A program made the translations under genes and the position numbers. Source: Candidatus Zixiibacteriota bacterium (GTDB lineage Bacteria; Zixibacteria; MSB-5A5; DSPP01). From it: DNA of 64,000 nucleotides. The stretch lies in assembly GCA_022614805.1 (NCBI GenBank), contig JAKEHY010000009.1:5118-69117 (forward strand), given 5' to 3'. Below the pieces are notes generated by a model that ran no database searches, was not told where the DNA came from, and saw only the letters and a program-made list of their open reading frames with translations. Below, piece after piece: positions 9,711 through 18,682 of this stretch (position 1 is its first letter; every line of letters starts with the position of its first letter).

Positions 9711-10304
9711 ATGGCCAAAAAGTTATTGCTTTTGCTGCTCGCCATTCTTTGCTTCGCAACGCTTCCGGCCGCGGCGCAGGAAGGGAGCGTAACCTGGAAC
9801 AACCGGCATCACATCGGGCTGGTAATTGGGTATGCAAAGTTGCTGAGCGATGACGTAAAGGACGACTCATCCGGTTTGGACTGGTCCAACTCCGCCCATG
9901 CCGCTGTCACGTATCGTTACTCCGTCAATCCTAATCTCGACCTTGCGGTGGATTCCCGGGCCACTTTTAGCACCCAAACAGTTAACGGAGTGGACGTAAA
10001 TCTGACCAACACCTATTTCGGGCCGGGGGTCCGGGTCATCGCGCCGCAAGGAAAAATAAAACTATTCCTGCAGGGTAATATTTATTTTGTGAACGAAGAA
10101 GTGGAACTCGTTCAAGGCAACACCAAGGTGAGCGGCAATGAAACCGATGTTGGCTTCGGAGCCAACTGCGGCATTGACATTCAAGTAAGTAAACTTCTCT
10201 CGATTCCGTTGGAAGCCAATTTCCTTTATGCTAAACCGGTGGACAACGTGTCTGCGTTCGGCATTTCAGCCGGACTGACTTTCAACTTCGGGATGATGCT
10301 GTAA
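9711..10304 (+). CDS. small outer-membrane beta-barrel protein, paralog 3
   Basis: Start trimmed to the ATG at 9711 with GGGAGG at 9700-9705. Signal peptide MAKKLLLLLLAILCFATLPAAAQ. The track start at 9519 lies inside the previous gene and its terminator. Confidence 0.78.
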   Translation: MAKKLLLLLLAILCFATLPAAAQEGSVTWNNRHHIGLVIGYAKLLSDDVKDDSSGLDWSNSAHAAVTYRYSVNPNLDLAVDSRATFSTQTVNGVDVNLTNTYFGPGVRVIAPQGKIKLFLQGNIYFVNEEVELVQGNTKVSGNETDVGFGANCGIDIQVSKLLSIPLEANFLYAKPVDNVSAFGISAGLTFNFGMML

Positions 10305-10328
10305 CCCGTTGCCACGGCTAAACTAAGC

Positions 10329-10361
10329 CGAGGCCGCCTTTCCGGGCGGCCTTCTTTTTTG
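10329..10361 (+). terminator. rho-independent terminator
   Basis: AGGCCGCC-TTTCCG-GGCGGCCT hairpin followed by TCTTTTTT. Confidence 0.7.
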
Positions 10362-10433
10362 GCCTAAAGAACCCCCCCGGGTTGCCGATACATATTTCGG
10401 GGGCTTACATACGCCCAGAAAGAAGGAGGAGCA

Positions 10434-11126
10434 ATGAAGAAGTTAGTCGTATTAGCCGCTGTATTTATGCTTTTCGGGGCTTTGGCGGCCCAAGCGGCGC
10501 CGCGCAAGCAAAGCCCCAAGCCGAGAGCCAGCCGCACCCCGGTTTCCGGTTTGGCCCAGCATAAGGGCTGGATTGCCATTATGCCGAAGCTTGGTTTTGT
10601 GGTGCCTACCGGCGACTACGGCGACATTTCCGGCAGCGGTTTCCGCTTTCAGGGAGCGGCCGAGTATTACCTTAGAAGCGACTGGACCATAGGCGTTTCC
10701 ACAGCCTGGGCCCAGACCGGCGCTTCGGACGACAGCAAAACGGCCGCGGAAGCGACCCTGCCTGCCGGCTCGACTATTTCGAGCTGGAAATTCCGCACGA
10801 TGCAGTTTTCCGGTTACGCCCGGCACCTGTTTCCCACCAGCTCGCCCAAGATTTCTCCCTACGTATCCGGCGGGCTGGGTATCTACAACACCAAGAGTTC
10901 GGCAGAAGGCACCGTCGCCACCCAGCAGGAAATTGATGCGGCGACCGGCTCCGGCTCCGGCGAAACCAACCTCGGTTTCAACCTGGGCGGCGGTATGATG
11001 ATGGCGCTCACCCCCACCGTCGGTTTCAACGTCGGAATGACCTATCACAACGCTTTTTCCGACCCGGCTACCAACTACTTCGTTTTCAACGGCGGCATGA
11101 ATTTCTTTTTCAACACCGGCCGTTAA
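10434..11126 (+). CDS. small outer-membrane beta-barrel protein, paralog 4
   Basis: RBS GAAGGAGG at 10421-10428. Signal peptide MKKLVVLAAVFMLFGALAAQA. Beta-barrel pattern ending FFFNTGR. Confidence 0.8.
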   Translation: MKKLVVLAAVFMLFGALAAQAAPRKQSPKPRASRTPVSGLAQHKGWIAIMPKLGFVVPTGDYGDISGSGFRFQGAAEYYLRSDWTIGVSTAWAQTGASDDSKTAAEATLPAGSTISSWKFRTMQFSGYARHLFPTSSPKISPYVSGGLGIYNTKSSAEGTVATQQEIDAATGSGSGETNLGFNLGGGMMMALTPTVGFNVGMTYHNAFSDPATNYFVFNGGMNFFFNTGR

Positions 11127-11145
11127 ACCTCATCGCAGAGGGGGA

Positions 11146-11183
11146 AGGCCGTCCGCCTCAAGCGGACGGCCTTATTTTTTTGC
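11146..11183 (+). terminator. rho-independent terminator
   Basis: AAGGCCGTCCGC-CTCAA-GCGGACGGCCTT hairpin followed by ATTTTTTT. Confidence 0.75.
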
Positions 11184-11240
11184 AGCCATCCCTCCGTATA
11201 GTTGTACCAAGAATCATTCCCGACGCAGCCAAAAACATTT

Positions 11241-12227
11241 TTACGTTTTCGAACCCCATTTTCCCATCACCCGTTGCCAAACCCTTTTGACCAAGACCGG
11301 CGGCGCTCCCAGTTCTACAATCTTCTTTTCCGGCGAGACCAGAACCAGGGCATTAAAGAAATTCTCCTCTCCCGGCGCCGCATAGCGCAAATCATCCCAG
11401 CGCACCAGAATATCCTCACCCCGATGGTCGAGCGAAAGGTAGGGAAAGCGGGCGAAGCGCAGAAAAACCCGGGAGAGGTAGCTTTCTTTGGCGGCCGCCA
11501 CATAGTCGTTTTCCCCGATTTTGGCATACCGGGCAGCCGGAAGGGGTGTGTCTGCAAAAAGCGAGACCTCCCCCCGGTAGAAATTGTTGTCGGTTTCCAA
11601 AACGTAGCGCCACTGCCAGAACTCCAAGGGCCGCGGATAAACGCCCCAGTCGCGGACTTTTTCCCCGGTTTCGACAGGCGGCCGGGCCAGAAGTTTTTGG
11701 GCCGCCCCTTCGTGCGCGAACAGGCGCAAGGTCACGTATCCGGAAAAAACAAAAAGCGCCGTCAGGGCCGCCCCCTTTCTAAAATCGAACTTAACGCGCC
11801 CCCAAATCAAGGCGGTTATCAAAACCAGCCAGATAAACGGGTCCACGATGAAAACCAAATCCCAGGCGAATTTTCTATCGGTGAAGGGCAAAAGGGCGCA
11901 GGTGGGATAGGGATTGAGTAAATCCAGAAGCGTATGGCCAAAGGAGCCCATCAGGGCGACCAGAAAAATCCACTTGAACTTCTGCCGGACGAATAGATAG
12001 ATGACTCCGGCGACCAAAACAGCTTCCAGGGACAAGCCAACTACCGAGTGGGAAAAACCCCGGTGGAGGTCGAAATATTTCGCTGCGCTGTCGAGGCGGT
12101 AAACGAAATCCAAGTCCGGGAAGTTGGAAGAAGCCGCAGCCGTCCAGAATGCGACCCGGCGGGGAAGCTTATCCTCGAAAAGCCGCCCCACCGCCGCCCC
12201 GAACAGCGTGTGGGTCAGATTATCCAT
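11241..12227 (-). CDS. membrane-bound metal-dependent hydrolase (YdjM/DUF457 family) with a C-terminal extension
   Basis: N-terminus MDNLTHTLFGAAVG and the His-rich TM pattern typical of YdjM-like inner-membrane hydrolases. Confidence 0.7.
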   Translation of the reverse strand: MDNLTHTLFGAAVGRLFEDKLPRRVAFWTAAASSNFPDLDFVYRLDSAAKYFDLHRGFSHSVVGLSLEAVLVAGVIYLFVRQKFKWIFLVALMGSFGHTLLDLLNPYPTCALLPFTDRKFAWDLVFIVDPFIWLVLITALIWGRVKFDFRKGAALTALFVFSGYVTLRLFAHEGAAQKLLARPPVETGEKVRDWGVYPRPLEFWQWRYVLETDNNFYRGEVSLFADTPLPAARYAKIGENDYVAAAKESYLSRVFLRFARFPYLSLDHRGEDILVRWDDLRYAAPGEENFFNALVLVSPEKKIVELGAPPVLVKRVWQRVMGKWGSKT

Positions 12228-12244
12228 ACTTACCGTTCAAGTTA

Positions 12245-12280
12245 CAAAAAAACCTCGCCCAAAATCGGGCGAGGCTTTTC
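12245..12280 (-). terminator. intrinsic terminator downstream of the OMP paralog 5 gene (bidirectional-capable)
   Basis: A-run, then CCTCGCCC-AAAAT-CGGGCGAGG hairpin, then TTTT. Confidence 0.65.
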
Positions 12281-12294
12281 AATTTCAGACAAAT

Positions 12295-13029
12295 TCAGAA
12301 TCGATATCCCAGCCGCATTCCGATTAACGTTCCGCCCCCCTTGACCGGGCCTATGACGCCAGCCTTGTTATTCGAACGGAAGTCCCGGATGGCCTCGAAG
12401 ACGAAAAAGAAATTGTATGGAAGACGGGCCTGAGCACCAGCTTCAAGGTAAAAACCGGAAAAGTTTTTGGAGAACTCCGCAACCTGACTGGGAGGAGGCG
12501 AAATATCCCGCACCGTAGTATCGGGCTCCCCCGTAATTGTATCTCGCTGCGTATAATCAAGAATGGTATCGATAACCACGGCCAGCGAATCGCCGTGTCC
12601 CTTCGAAGAACCAAAGCTGCCTCCAAAACCGACAAAAGGGGAAAAAGCGGCCTCCCGGAAGGGATGAAAAGCCACACCCAGTCGAAAACCGGAGGCGCGC
12701 ACATACGATTTTACATCTGTCGCCGTATGGATTATTCTGATGGTATCCAAGGTGCCGAAATCGGGAATAATGTCAAAGTCAAAGAATTTTTCCTGCTTAT
12801 CCGTTCGTTTGCGCATGCTCTCAAAACCAGCCTTAAAATCCAAAACCGACCATTTGTAGGTTACCTGTCCGGAAAAATTCGCCGGATTGTGTTCAAAGAA
12901 GTGGGAATAGCGGCCATCCTCGGGAAAATAACCGCCGACGCCGAAGGAAACTTCCAGCGGAATCCGCTGGGCAAAAGCGGTGTTGATGCCAGCAAATAAA
13001 AAAACAAAAAAAAACGCAATTTTTCTCAT
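12295..13029 (-). CDS. small outer-membrane beta-barrel protein, paralog 5
   Basis: Start trimmed to the ATG at 13029 with GGGAGGG upstream. Signal peptide MRKIAFFFVFLFAGINTAFAQ. Ends GYRF (C-terminal Phe). The track's 13146 start overlaps gcvPB. Confidence 0.75.
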   Translation of the reverse strand: MRKIAFFFVFLFAGINTAFAQRIPLEVSFGVGGYFPEDGRYSHFFEHNPANFSGQVTYKWSVLDFKAGFESMRKRTDKQEKFFDFDIIPDFGTLDTIRIIHTATDVKSYVRASGFRLGVAFHPFREAAFSPFVGFGGSFGSSKGHGDSLAVVIDTILDYTQRDTITGEPDTTVRDISPPPSQVAEFSKNFSGFYLEAGAQARLPYNFFFVFEAIRDFRSNNKAGVIGPVKGGGTLIGMRLGYRF

Positions 13030-13117
13030 CTTAGTCCCTCCCATACCCCTTCTACTACGCTTGGCCCGTGCAAAAGGTTTAACATTTTTTGAGGGTTTCT
13101 CAAACAGGGACTTCAGG

Positions 13118-14575
13118 CTATTTGTGAAAAGCGATGTCCAAATCACGGGCCGCTTTGGCTTCGTCCAGCCGCCCCACCGGCGTGGTATGCGGAGCTTTTT
13201 TCACCTTTTCCGGGTCGGTTTCGACTTCCCTGGCTATCTGGATAAAAGCATCCGCCAGATAATCCAGACTTTCCCTGCTTTCCGTTTCGGTCGGTTCAAT
13301 CATCAAGGCCTCCGGAACGATGAGCGGAAAATAGGCGGTCGGGGCGTGCACGCCGAAGTCCAACAGCCGCTTGGCAATGTCCATCGTCCGCACCCCCTGC
13401 GCTTTCTGCCGGTTGCCGGAAAGCACAAACTCGTGCTGGCAGAAACCGGGATACGGCACTTCGTAAGAATCTTTAACCCGCGCGAGAAGATAGTTGGCGT
13501 TGAGGATGGCGTTTTCGGAAACTTCGGAGAGTCCCTCCGTCCCCAGCGTGCGGATGTAGGTATAGGCCCGCACTAAAACGCCGAAGTTGCCGAAAGCGGA
13601 ATGCACCTTGCCGATTGATTTTTTGTTTTCCGTGAACCGATACCAATCTTTACCCTTTTTTTCGATTCGTTCCACCCGCGGATTGGGCAGATAGGGCTCG
13701 AGGAATTTTTTGACGCCGACCGCCCCGGCCCCCGGCCCGCCGCCGCCGTGGGGAGTCGAAAAAGTCTTGTGCAGGTTGAAGTGCACGATGTCGAAGCCCA
13801 AATCCCCCGGCTTGACGATGCCCATCAGGGCGTTCAGGTTGGCTCCGTCCATATACATCAGCCCGCCGGCTTCGTGCACCAGACGGCAGATTTCCAGAAT
13901 ATCCTTTTCGAAAAGCCCGAGCGTGTTCGGATTGGTCAGCATCATTCCGGCGGTGCGCCCGGTTAGGGCTTCTTGCAGCTTTTTCAGGCTGACCCGGCCG
14001 TCCGCGCCGGAGGCAATCTGCACGGTTTCCCAGCCGGCGGTCGCCACCGAAGCCGGATTGGTGCCGTGGGCGCTGTCCGGGATGATGATTTGATTGCGTT
14101 TTTTATCCTTCCGCTCGCTGTGATGGGCCTTCATCAAAAGAAGACCGGCCAGTTCCCCCTGGGCGCCGGCGGAGGGCTGGAGGGTGACGGCCCCCACCCC
14201 GCCGATTTCAGCCAGAAAGCCGGCCAGTTCATACATCAGCTTCAAGGCCCCTTGGGCGTCCGCTTCAGCAGTTTCAGGATGCAGTTCGGCAAATCCGGGC
14301 AGGCGGGCCGCCTGCTCATTGACTTTTGGATTGTACTTCATCGTGCAGGAACCGAGGGGATAAATTCCTTTTTCGATGTGGTGGTTCAAAACCGAGAGGC
14401 GCACGAAATGGCGCATCACGTCGATTTCCGCCGCCTCCGGCCACGCGAGTTCACTCCGACGACGGAATTCTTGGGAGAGCGCCTCCGGCTCGGGAACGTC
14501 GGTTTGGGGCAAAGGAACGCCTTTGCGTCCGGGAGAAGAAAGCTCAAAAATGGTCGGCTCGACCACCGGATTCAT
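13118..14575 (-). CDS. gcvPB: glycine dehydrogenase (decarboxylating) subunit 2
   Basis: 485 aa with the PLP-binding region (HFNLHKTFSTPHGGGGPG) and strong overall GcvPB similarity. Confidence 0.92.
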   Translation of the reverse strand: MNPVVEPTIFELSSPGRKGVPLPQTDVPEPEALSQEFRRRSELAWPEAAEIDVMRHFVRLSVLNHHIEKGIYPLGSCTMKYNPKVNEQAARLPGFAELHPETAEADAQGALKLMYELAGFLAEIGGVGAVTLQPSAGAQGELAGLLLMKAHHSERKDKKRNQIIIPDSAHGTNPASVATAGWETVQIASGADGRVSLKKLQEALTGRTAGMMLTNPNTLGLFEKDILEICRLVHEAGGLMYMDGANLNALMGIVKPGDLGFDIVHFNLHKTFSTPHGGGGPGAGAVGVKKFLEPYLPNPRVERIEKKGKDWYRFTENKKSIGKVHSAFGNFGVLVRAYTYIRTLGTEGLSEVSENAILNANYLLARVKDSYEVPYPGFCQHEFVLSGNRQKAQGVRTMDIAKRLLDFGVHAPTAYFPLIVPEALMIEPTETESRESLDYLADAFIQIAREVETDPEKVKKAPHTTPVGRLDEAKAARDLDIAFHK

Positions 14576-15969
14576 ACCAGTCCTGCCGTTTCCAGTTTCC
14601 TCTCCGGCGCTATTCCGCTACCGGCCTTGGGGCGAAAAAAACTCATCCCCTCCGCCAGAGCTTCAATGTCCGCCCGCAGCTTCTTTTCCGTCACCGCAAT
14701 CAAAAGCTGGTTTTTCCTTTTCCGGTCGTATTTTCCCAAATCGATACCGGGAACGATGTTCGTTTTTCGCAAGCGGGAGGCGACCCTCGAAGCGGGCACG
14801 GGCAGCTCGAGGGCAAACTCTTTAAAAAACGGGGCCGCATAGACCCGCCTGAATCCCTTTGCCTCCAGCAGCGCGGCCGTGTAATGGGCTTTGGCGTAGG
14901 AAAGCCGGGCCATCTGCAAAAGCCCCTCCTTGCCGACCAGGGACATAAATACGGTCGAAAGCGTTGCCATCAAACCCTGGTTGGTGCAGATGTTGGAGGT
15001 CGCCTTTTCCCGGCGGATATGCTGCTCCCGCGTCTGCAAGGTCAAAACGTAACCGATTTTACCGGTAACGTCTGTCGTCCGGGCCGCAATCCGACCCGGC
15101 ATCCGGCGCACCAGTTCCTTTTTGGCGGCAAAAAGCCCCACCGCCGGCCCGCCGTAGGAAATCGGAACGCCCAAAGATTGCCCCTCCGCCACGGCGATAT
15201 CGGCGTTGTATTCGCCGGGGGGAGAAACCATTCCGAGCGAGATGGGGTCAAAAACGGCGACCAATTTGGCGCCGACGGCGTGAACAATCGATTCCAGTTC
15301 CTTCGCCTCCTCGAGGCAGCCGAAAAAGTTGGGCGTTTGCAAAACCAAAGCGGCGGTTTTATTGGAGATATTTTTCTTGAGCGCCTCCGGCTCTACTTGT
15401 CCCGAAGGTCCGAGCGGCAACGAACGAAGCTGATACGCTCCGCCGGTGCCGTAGGTTTTGAGAACCTTCAGGTAGTTCGGATTCAGCCCTTCCGTCACCA
15501 AAACCTCTTTGCGTTCGGTGATATGCGCCGTCATCAGGGCCGCCTCGGCCACCGCAGAAGCGCCGTCGTACATCGAGGCGTTGGCCGCCTCCATTTTGGT
15601 CAGGGCAGAGATGAGGGACTGAAATTCGTAGATGACCTGCAGCGTCCCCTGCGAAACTTCCGCTTGATACGGGGTGTAGGAGGTCAAAAACTCCGGCCGG
15701 CGGATGATGAAATCGGCTGCCGCCGGGGTGAAATGGTCGTAAAACCCCCCTCCGAGAAAGGAATTGGCGACAGAAACGGGGATATTCTGACGGGAAAGCT
15801 TGCGCAAATCGGCGAAGAGCTCTAATTCGGAGGCCGGCGGCGGAATTTTGAGCGGTTCTTTTAACCGGATTTCATTCGGGACGGCATCCAAAAGGTCTTC
15901 GAAGCGGGAAACGCCGATGGCGGCCAGCATTTTTTTCCGGTCGGCATCCGTATTCGGCACGTAGCTCAT
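14572..15969 (-). CDS. gcvPA: glycine dehydrogenase (decarboxylating) subunit 1
   Basis: 465 aa. N-terminus MSYVPNTDADRKKMLAAIG is typical of GcvPA. ATGA overlap with gcvPB. Confidence 0.92.
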   Translation of the reverse strand: MSYVPNTDADRKKMLAAIGVSRFEDLLDAVPNEIRLKEPLKIPPPASELELFADLRKLSRQNIPVSVANSFLGGGFYDHFTPAAADFIIRRPEFLTSYTPYQAEVSQGTLQVIYEFQSLISALTKMEAANASMYDGASAVAEAALMTAHITERKEVLVTEGLNPNYLKVLKTYGTGGAYQLRSLPLGPSGQVEPEALKKNISNKTAALVLQTPNFFGCLEEAKELESIVHAVGAKLVAVFDPISLGMVSPPGEYNADIAVAEGQSLGVPISYGGPAVGLFAAKKELVRRMPGRIAARTTDVTGKIGYVLTLQTREQHIRREKATSNICTNQGLMATLSTVFMSLVGKEGLLQMARLSYAKAHYTAALLEAKGFRRVYAAPFFKEFALELPVPASRVASRLRKTNIVPGIDLGKYDRKRKNQLLIAVTEKKLRADIEALAEGMSFFRPKAGSGIAPERKLETAGLV

Positions 15970-16140
15970 AGCGTTCCGAACTTATCTTTTTTGGATGGCA
16001 AAGTCAACCGCCGGTGTAAAAACGGCCCCAGACGCGTTGTTAACCCGGACTTGATGCAGGTGCAAAGAAAATGGTCTCGCGAAAACGGGGCTTTAGTTTT
16101 TTTAACGAATCAATGATTCAATGACTCAATGAATAAATCG

Positions 16141-16521
16141 TTATGCTGTCACCATCTCCTTATATTTCTCCGCCGTCAAAAGCGAATCCAGTTCCTTTGG
16201 ATTCTTCACTTTTATTTTTATGAGCCACCCTTCGCCATACGGGTCTTTGTTGATGACCGTGGCGTCCGATTCCAAAGCGGAATTGGCCGCCACTATCTCT
16301 CCGGAAATCGGCGAGAAAAGTTCGGAGACCGCCTTTACCGCCTCAATGGTGCCGAACGGCTTCATCTGGGCCACGGCGGTGCCGGCTTTGGGCAGCTCGA
16401 CGAAAACGATGTCCCCCAATTCCCCCTGGGCAAAGTCGGTGATGCCGACCGTGGCGGTGTCGCCATCCAGTTTAATCCATTCGTGCTCTTTGGTGTACTT
16501 CAAATCTGGTTTTATTTCCAC
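16141..16521 (-). CDS. gcvH: glycine cleavage system H protein
   Basis: 126 aa with the lipoyl-lysine motif (VELPKAGTAVAQMKPFGTIEAVK) and a GTG start preceded by GGAGG. Confidence 0.92.
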   Translation of the reverse strand: MEIKPDLKYTKEHEWIKLDGDTATVGITDFAQGELGDIVFVELPKAGTAVAQMKPFGTIEAVKAVSELFSPISGEIVAANSALESDATVINKDPYGEGWLIKIKVKNPKELDSLLTAEKYKEMVTA

Positions 16522-16564
16522 GTTTCCTCCGATTACAATTTTGAGATTTCTATTCTAACAAAAC

Positions 16565-16793
16565 GGGCTGAATATATTCAGCCCCTACGAAAAATCCAAA
16601 AGGTGTAGGGGTTCAATATATTGAACCCTCCAGAATGGAGGTCTAAAGGCCTCCGCTACGCTGGTTGAAGCGGGCTGAATCCCTCGGCCCTGCTCGGAAC
16701 AAGTATATTCAGCCCCTACGAAAAATCCAAAAATTGCAGGGTTTCAATATGTTGAACCCTCCACCAAAATGGAGGTCAGAAGACCTCCGCTAC
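16565..16793. repeat. Two tandem copies (~95 and ~122 nt, 16565-16659 and 16672-16793) of a hairpin-dense element. Each copy has three perfect or near-perfect palindromes. Candidate structured RNA / regulatory element in the accC-gcvH intergenic region.
   Basis: Direct reading shows shared blocks: TATATTCAGCCCCTACGAAAAATCCAAAA (29/29 identical), TTCAATAT(A/G)TTGAACCCTCCA, and ATGGAGGTC...CCTCCGCTAC. Palindromes: GGGCTGAATATATTCAGCCC, GGGTTCAATATATTGAACCC, GGAGGTC-loop-GACCTCC. Copy 2 carries a 23-nt insertion inside the first palindrome's loop. Confidence 0.6.
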
Positions 16794-16831
16794 CCAAAAA
16801 CATTTCTTTTTCCCGCCCTACGACCTTCGCC

Positions 16832-18229
16832 CTATGAACTACGCCCCGCTTCCACCGGTTCCGCCGGTTTCTCCTTCGTTTTTTTTTCCTCGCCCAGCAT
16901 TTTCTCCACGAAAGATGTGTCGTAATTCAAGCTGACAAAATCCGGATGGGCCAGAACTTTTTTATGGAACGGAATGGTGGTGGCTATTCCTTCGATTACG
17001 AATTCGTCCAGCGCGCGCAACAGTTTCCCGATGGCCTGTTCCCGCGTTCGGCCGAAGCCGATCAGCTTGGCAATCATCGAATCGTAGTGCGGCGGCACGT
17101 CATAGAGGGCGAACGCATGGGTATCCACGCGGATGCCGTGCCCGCCGGGTACGTGAAAGTAGGTTATTTTCCCCGGGGAGGGGGCAAAATCCCTTTCCGG
17201 GTCTTCGGCGTTAATCCGGCACTCGATGGAATGCCCCCGAAGTTCCACATCGGCCTGCTTGATGGAGAGTTCTTCTCCGGCGGCGATTAGAATCTGTTCC
17301 TTGACCAAATCCAAATCCACCACTTCCTCGGTGACCGGGTGTTCCACCTGAATGCGGGTGTTCATTTCCATAAAGTAGAAGTTCTTGTTTTTATCGAAAA
17401 GAAATTCCAACGTCCCGGCCGAACGGTAGCCGATTTTCCAGGCCCCCAAAACCGCCGATTCGCACAGCTTTTTCCGGGTTTCGTCATCCAAGAAGGGACA
17501 CGGGGCTTCTTCTATCAATTTTTGATGGCGGCGCTGCACCGTGCAGTCCCGTTCCCCCAAATGGACGATATTCCCCAGATGGTCGGCCAAAACCTGCACC
17601 TCCACGTGGCGCGGGTTCTCGACGAATTTTTCGAGATACAGAGCATCGTTGCCGAAGGCCGCTTTTGCTTCCGCTTTGGCCATATCCCAGACCGCTTCCA
17701 GTTCTTTTTCATCCCGTGCCAGCCGCATCCCCCGCCCCCCGCCGCCGGCCGCCGCTTTTACGATGACCGGAAAGCCAAAACTTTTGGCCAGACCCATCGC
17801 TTTCGACAAGTCCGCCACTTCCCCCTCCGAACCGGAAATGATGGGCAACCCCGCTTCCGCCATTATTTTTTTGGCGAAAATTTTGTCCCCCATTTGCCGG
17901 ATTTGCTGGGCTGTGGGGCCAATGAACTGGATGTTGCAGGACTCGCAGATTTCGGCAAAATCGGCGTTTTCCGCCAGAAAGCCGTAACCGGGATGGATGG
18001 CATCGGCGTTGGTCAACTCGGCGGCGGCAATGATGCGCTTGGGGTCGAGATAGCTTTCTGCGGCCTTGGGGGGGCCGATACAAAGCGACTCGTCCGCGAA
18101 GCGCACGGCCAGCGAATCTTTGTCCGCTTCGGAAAAGACCGCCACGGACTTGATGCCCAACTCCCGGCAGGCTCGGATGATTCTAAGCGCTATTTCCCCC
18201 CGGTTGGCGATGAGGATTTTCTTGAACAT
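16832..18229 (-). CDS. accC: acetyl-CoA carboxylase biotin carboxylase subunit
   Basis: N-terminus [20 protein letters not shown] and ATP-grasp motifs. Start trimmed to the ATG at 18229. No accB is present upstream. Confidence 0.9.
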   Translation of the reverse strand: MFKKILIANRGEIALRIIRACRELGIKSVAVFSEADKDSLAVRFADESLCIGPPKAAESYLDPKRIIAAAELTNADAIHPGYGFLAENADFAEICESCNIQFIGPTAQQIRQMGDKIFAKKIMAEAGLPIISGSEGEVADLSKAMGLAKSFGFPVIVKAAAGGGGRGMRLARDEKELEAVWDMAKAEAKAAFGNDALYLEKFVENPRHVEVQVLADHLGNIVHLGERDCTVQRRHQKLIEEAPCPFLDDETRKKLCESAVLGAWKIGYRSAGTLEFLFDKNKNFYFMEMNTRIQVEHPVTEEVVDLDLVKEQILIAAGEELSIKQADVELRGHSIECRINAEDPERDFAPSPGKITYFHVPGGHGIRVDTHAFALYDVPPHYDSMIAKLIGFGRTREQAIGKLLRALDEFVIEGIATTIPFHKKVLAHPDFVSLNYDTSFVEKMLGEEKKTKEKPAEPVEAGRSS

Positions 18230-18682
18230 CCGATGCAAAATAACACAATTGCCCGATTTTCGCCAATTTTTGAGGCTGACCAAAAATTTTTCAGTCGACC
18301 TGCCCAGTCAAGCAGTTAGAAAACCCCGGTGCCTTCCTTAAACTTGACCGATTAGCTCGTCAATCCAGTTTCCCTATCACAAGTTGCCTGTCGTATAAGT
18401 TGTTTTGCATCAATGGGTTGTAAGGGTAAAACGGCAATGTGCCTGTAGAGCCGTTAATTTGCACAAACAAAACTCCCCCCAACTCTCGTATAAGTATTGT
18501 TTTTGAATGAGTAAGGAGGGTGGTGTGGAGTTTTCCAGTGGAGGGGAAAGCTCGACCACCTAAGTATTTATAGTTTGGAAAGGAGGATTACCAGCGCCTG
18601 AAGCTGCCGGACGAATCCGGTGTCGCTCGAAAAGCATTGCCAGTCAAACCAGTTTAAGTCCTCTGTGCAAAGGAGGTAAAGT

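Noticed and set aside
13973-15825. Long plus-strand ORFs (289 and 499 aa) antisense to gcvPB/gcvPA
   Set aside because: They are antisense shadow ORFs, typical of high-GC DNA, with an Arg/Gly/Pro-rich composition. Both overlap well-supported gcvP genes.
16522-16831. Match to the canonical tandem glycine riboswitch (Rfam RF00504)
   Set aside because: I looked on both strands for the conserved GGAGAG / ACCGAAGGGGCAA / CUCUCAGGCAAAAGGAC elements and did not find them. The element is therefore reported only as an unknown structured repeat with a riboswitch hypothesis.
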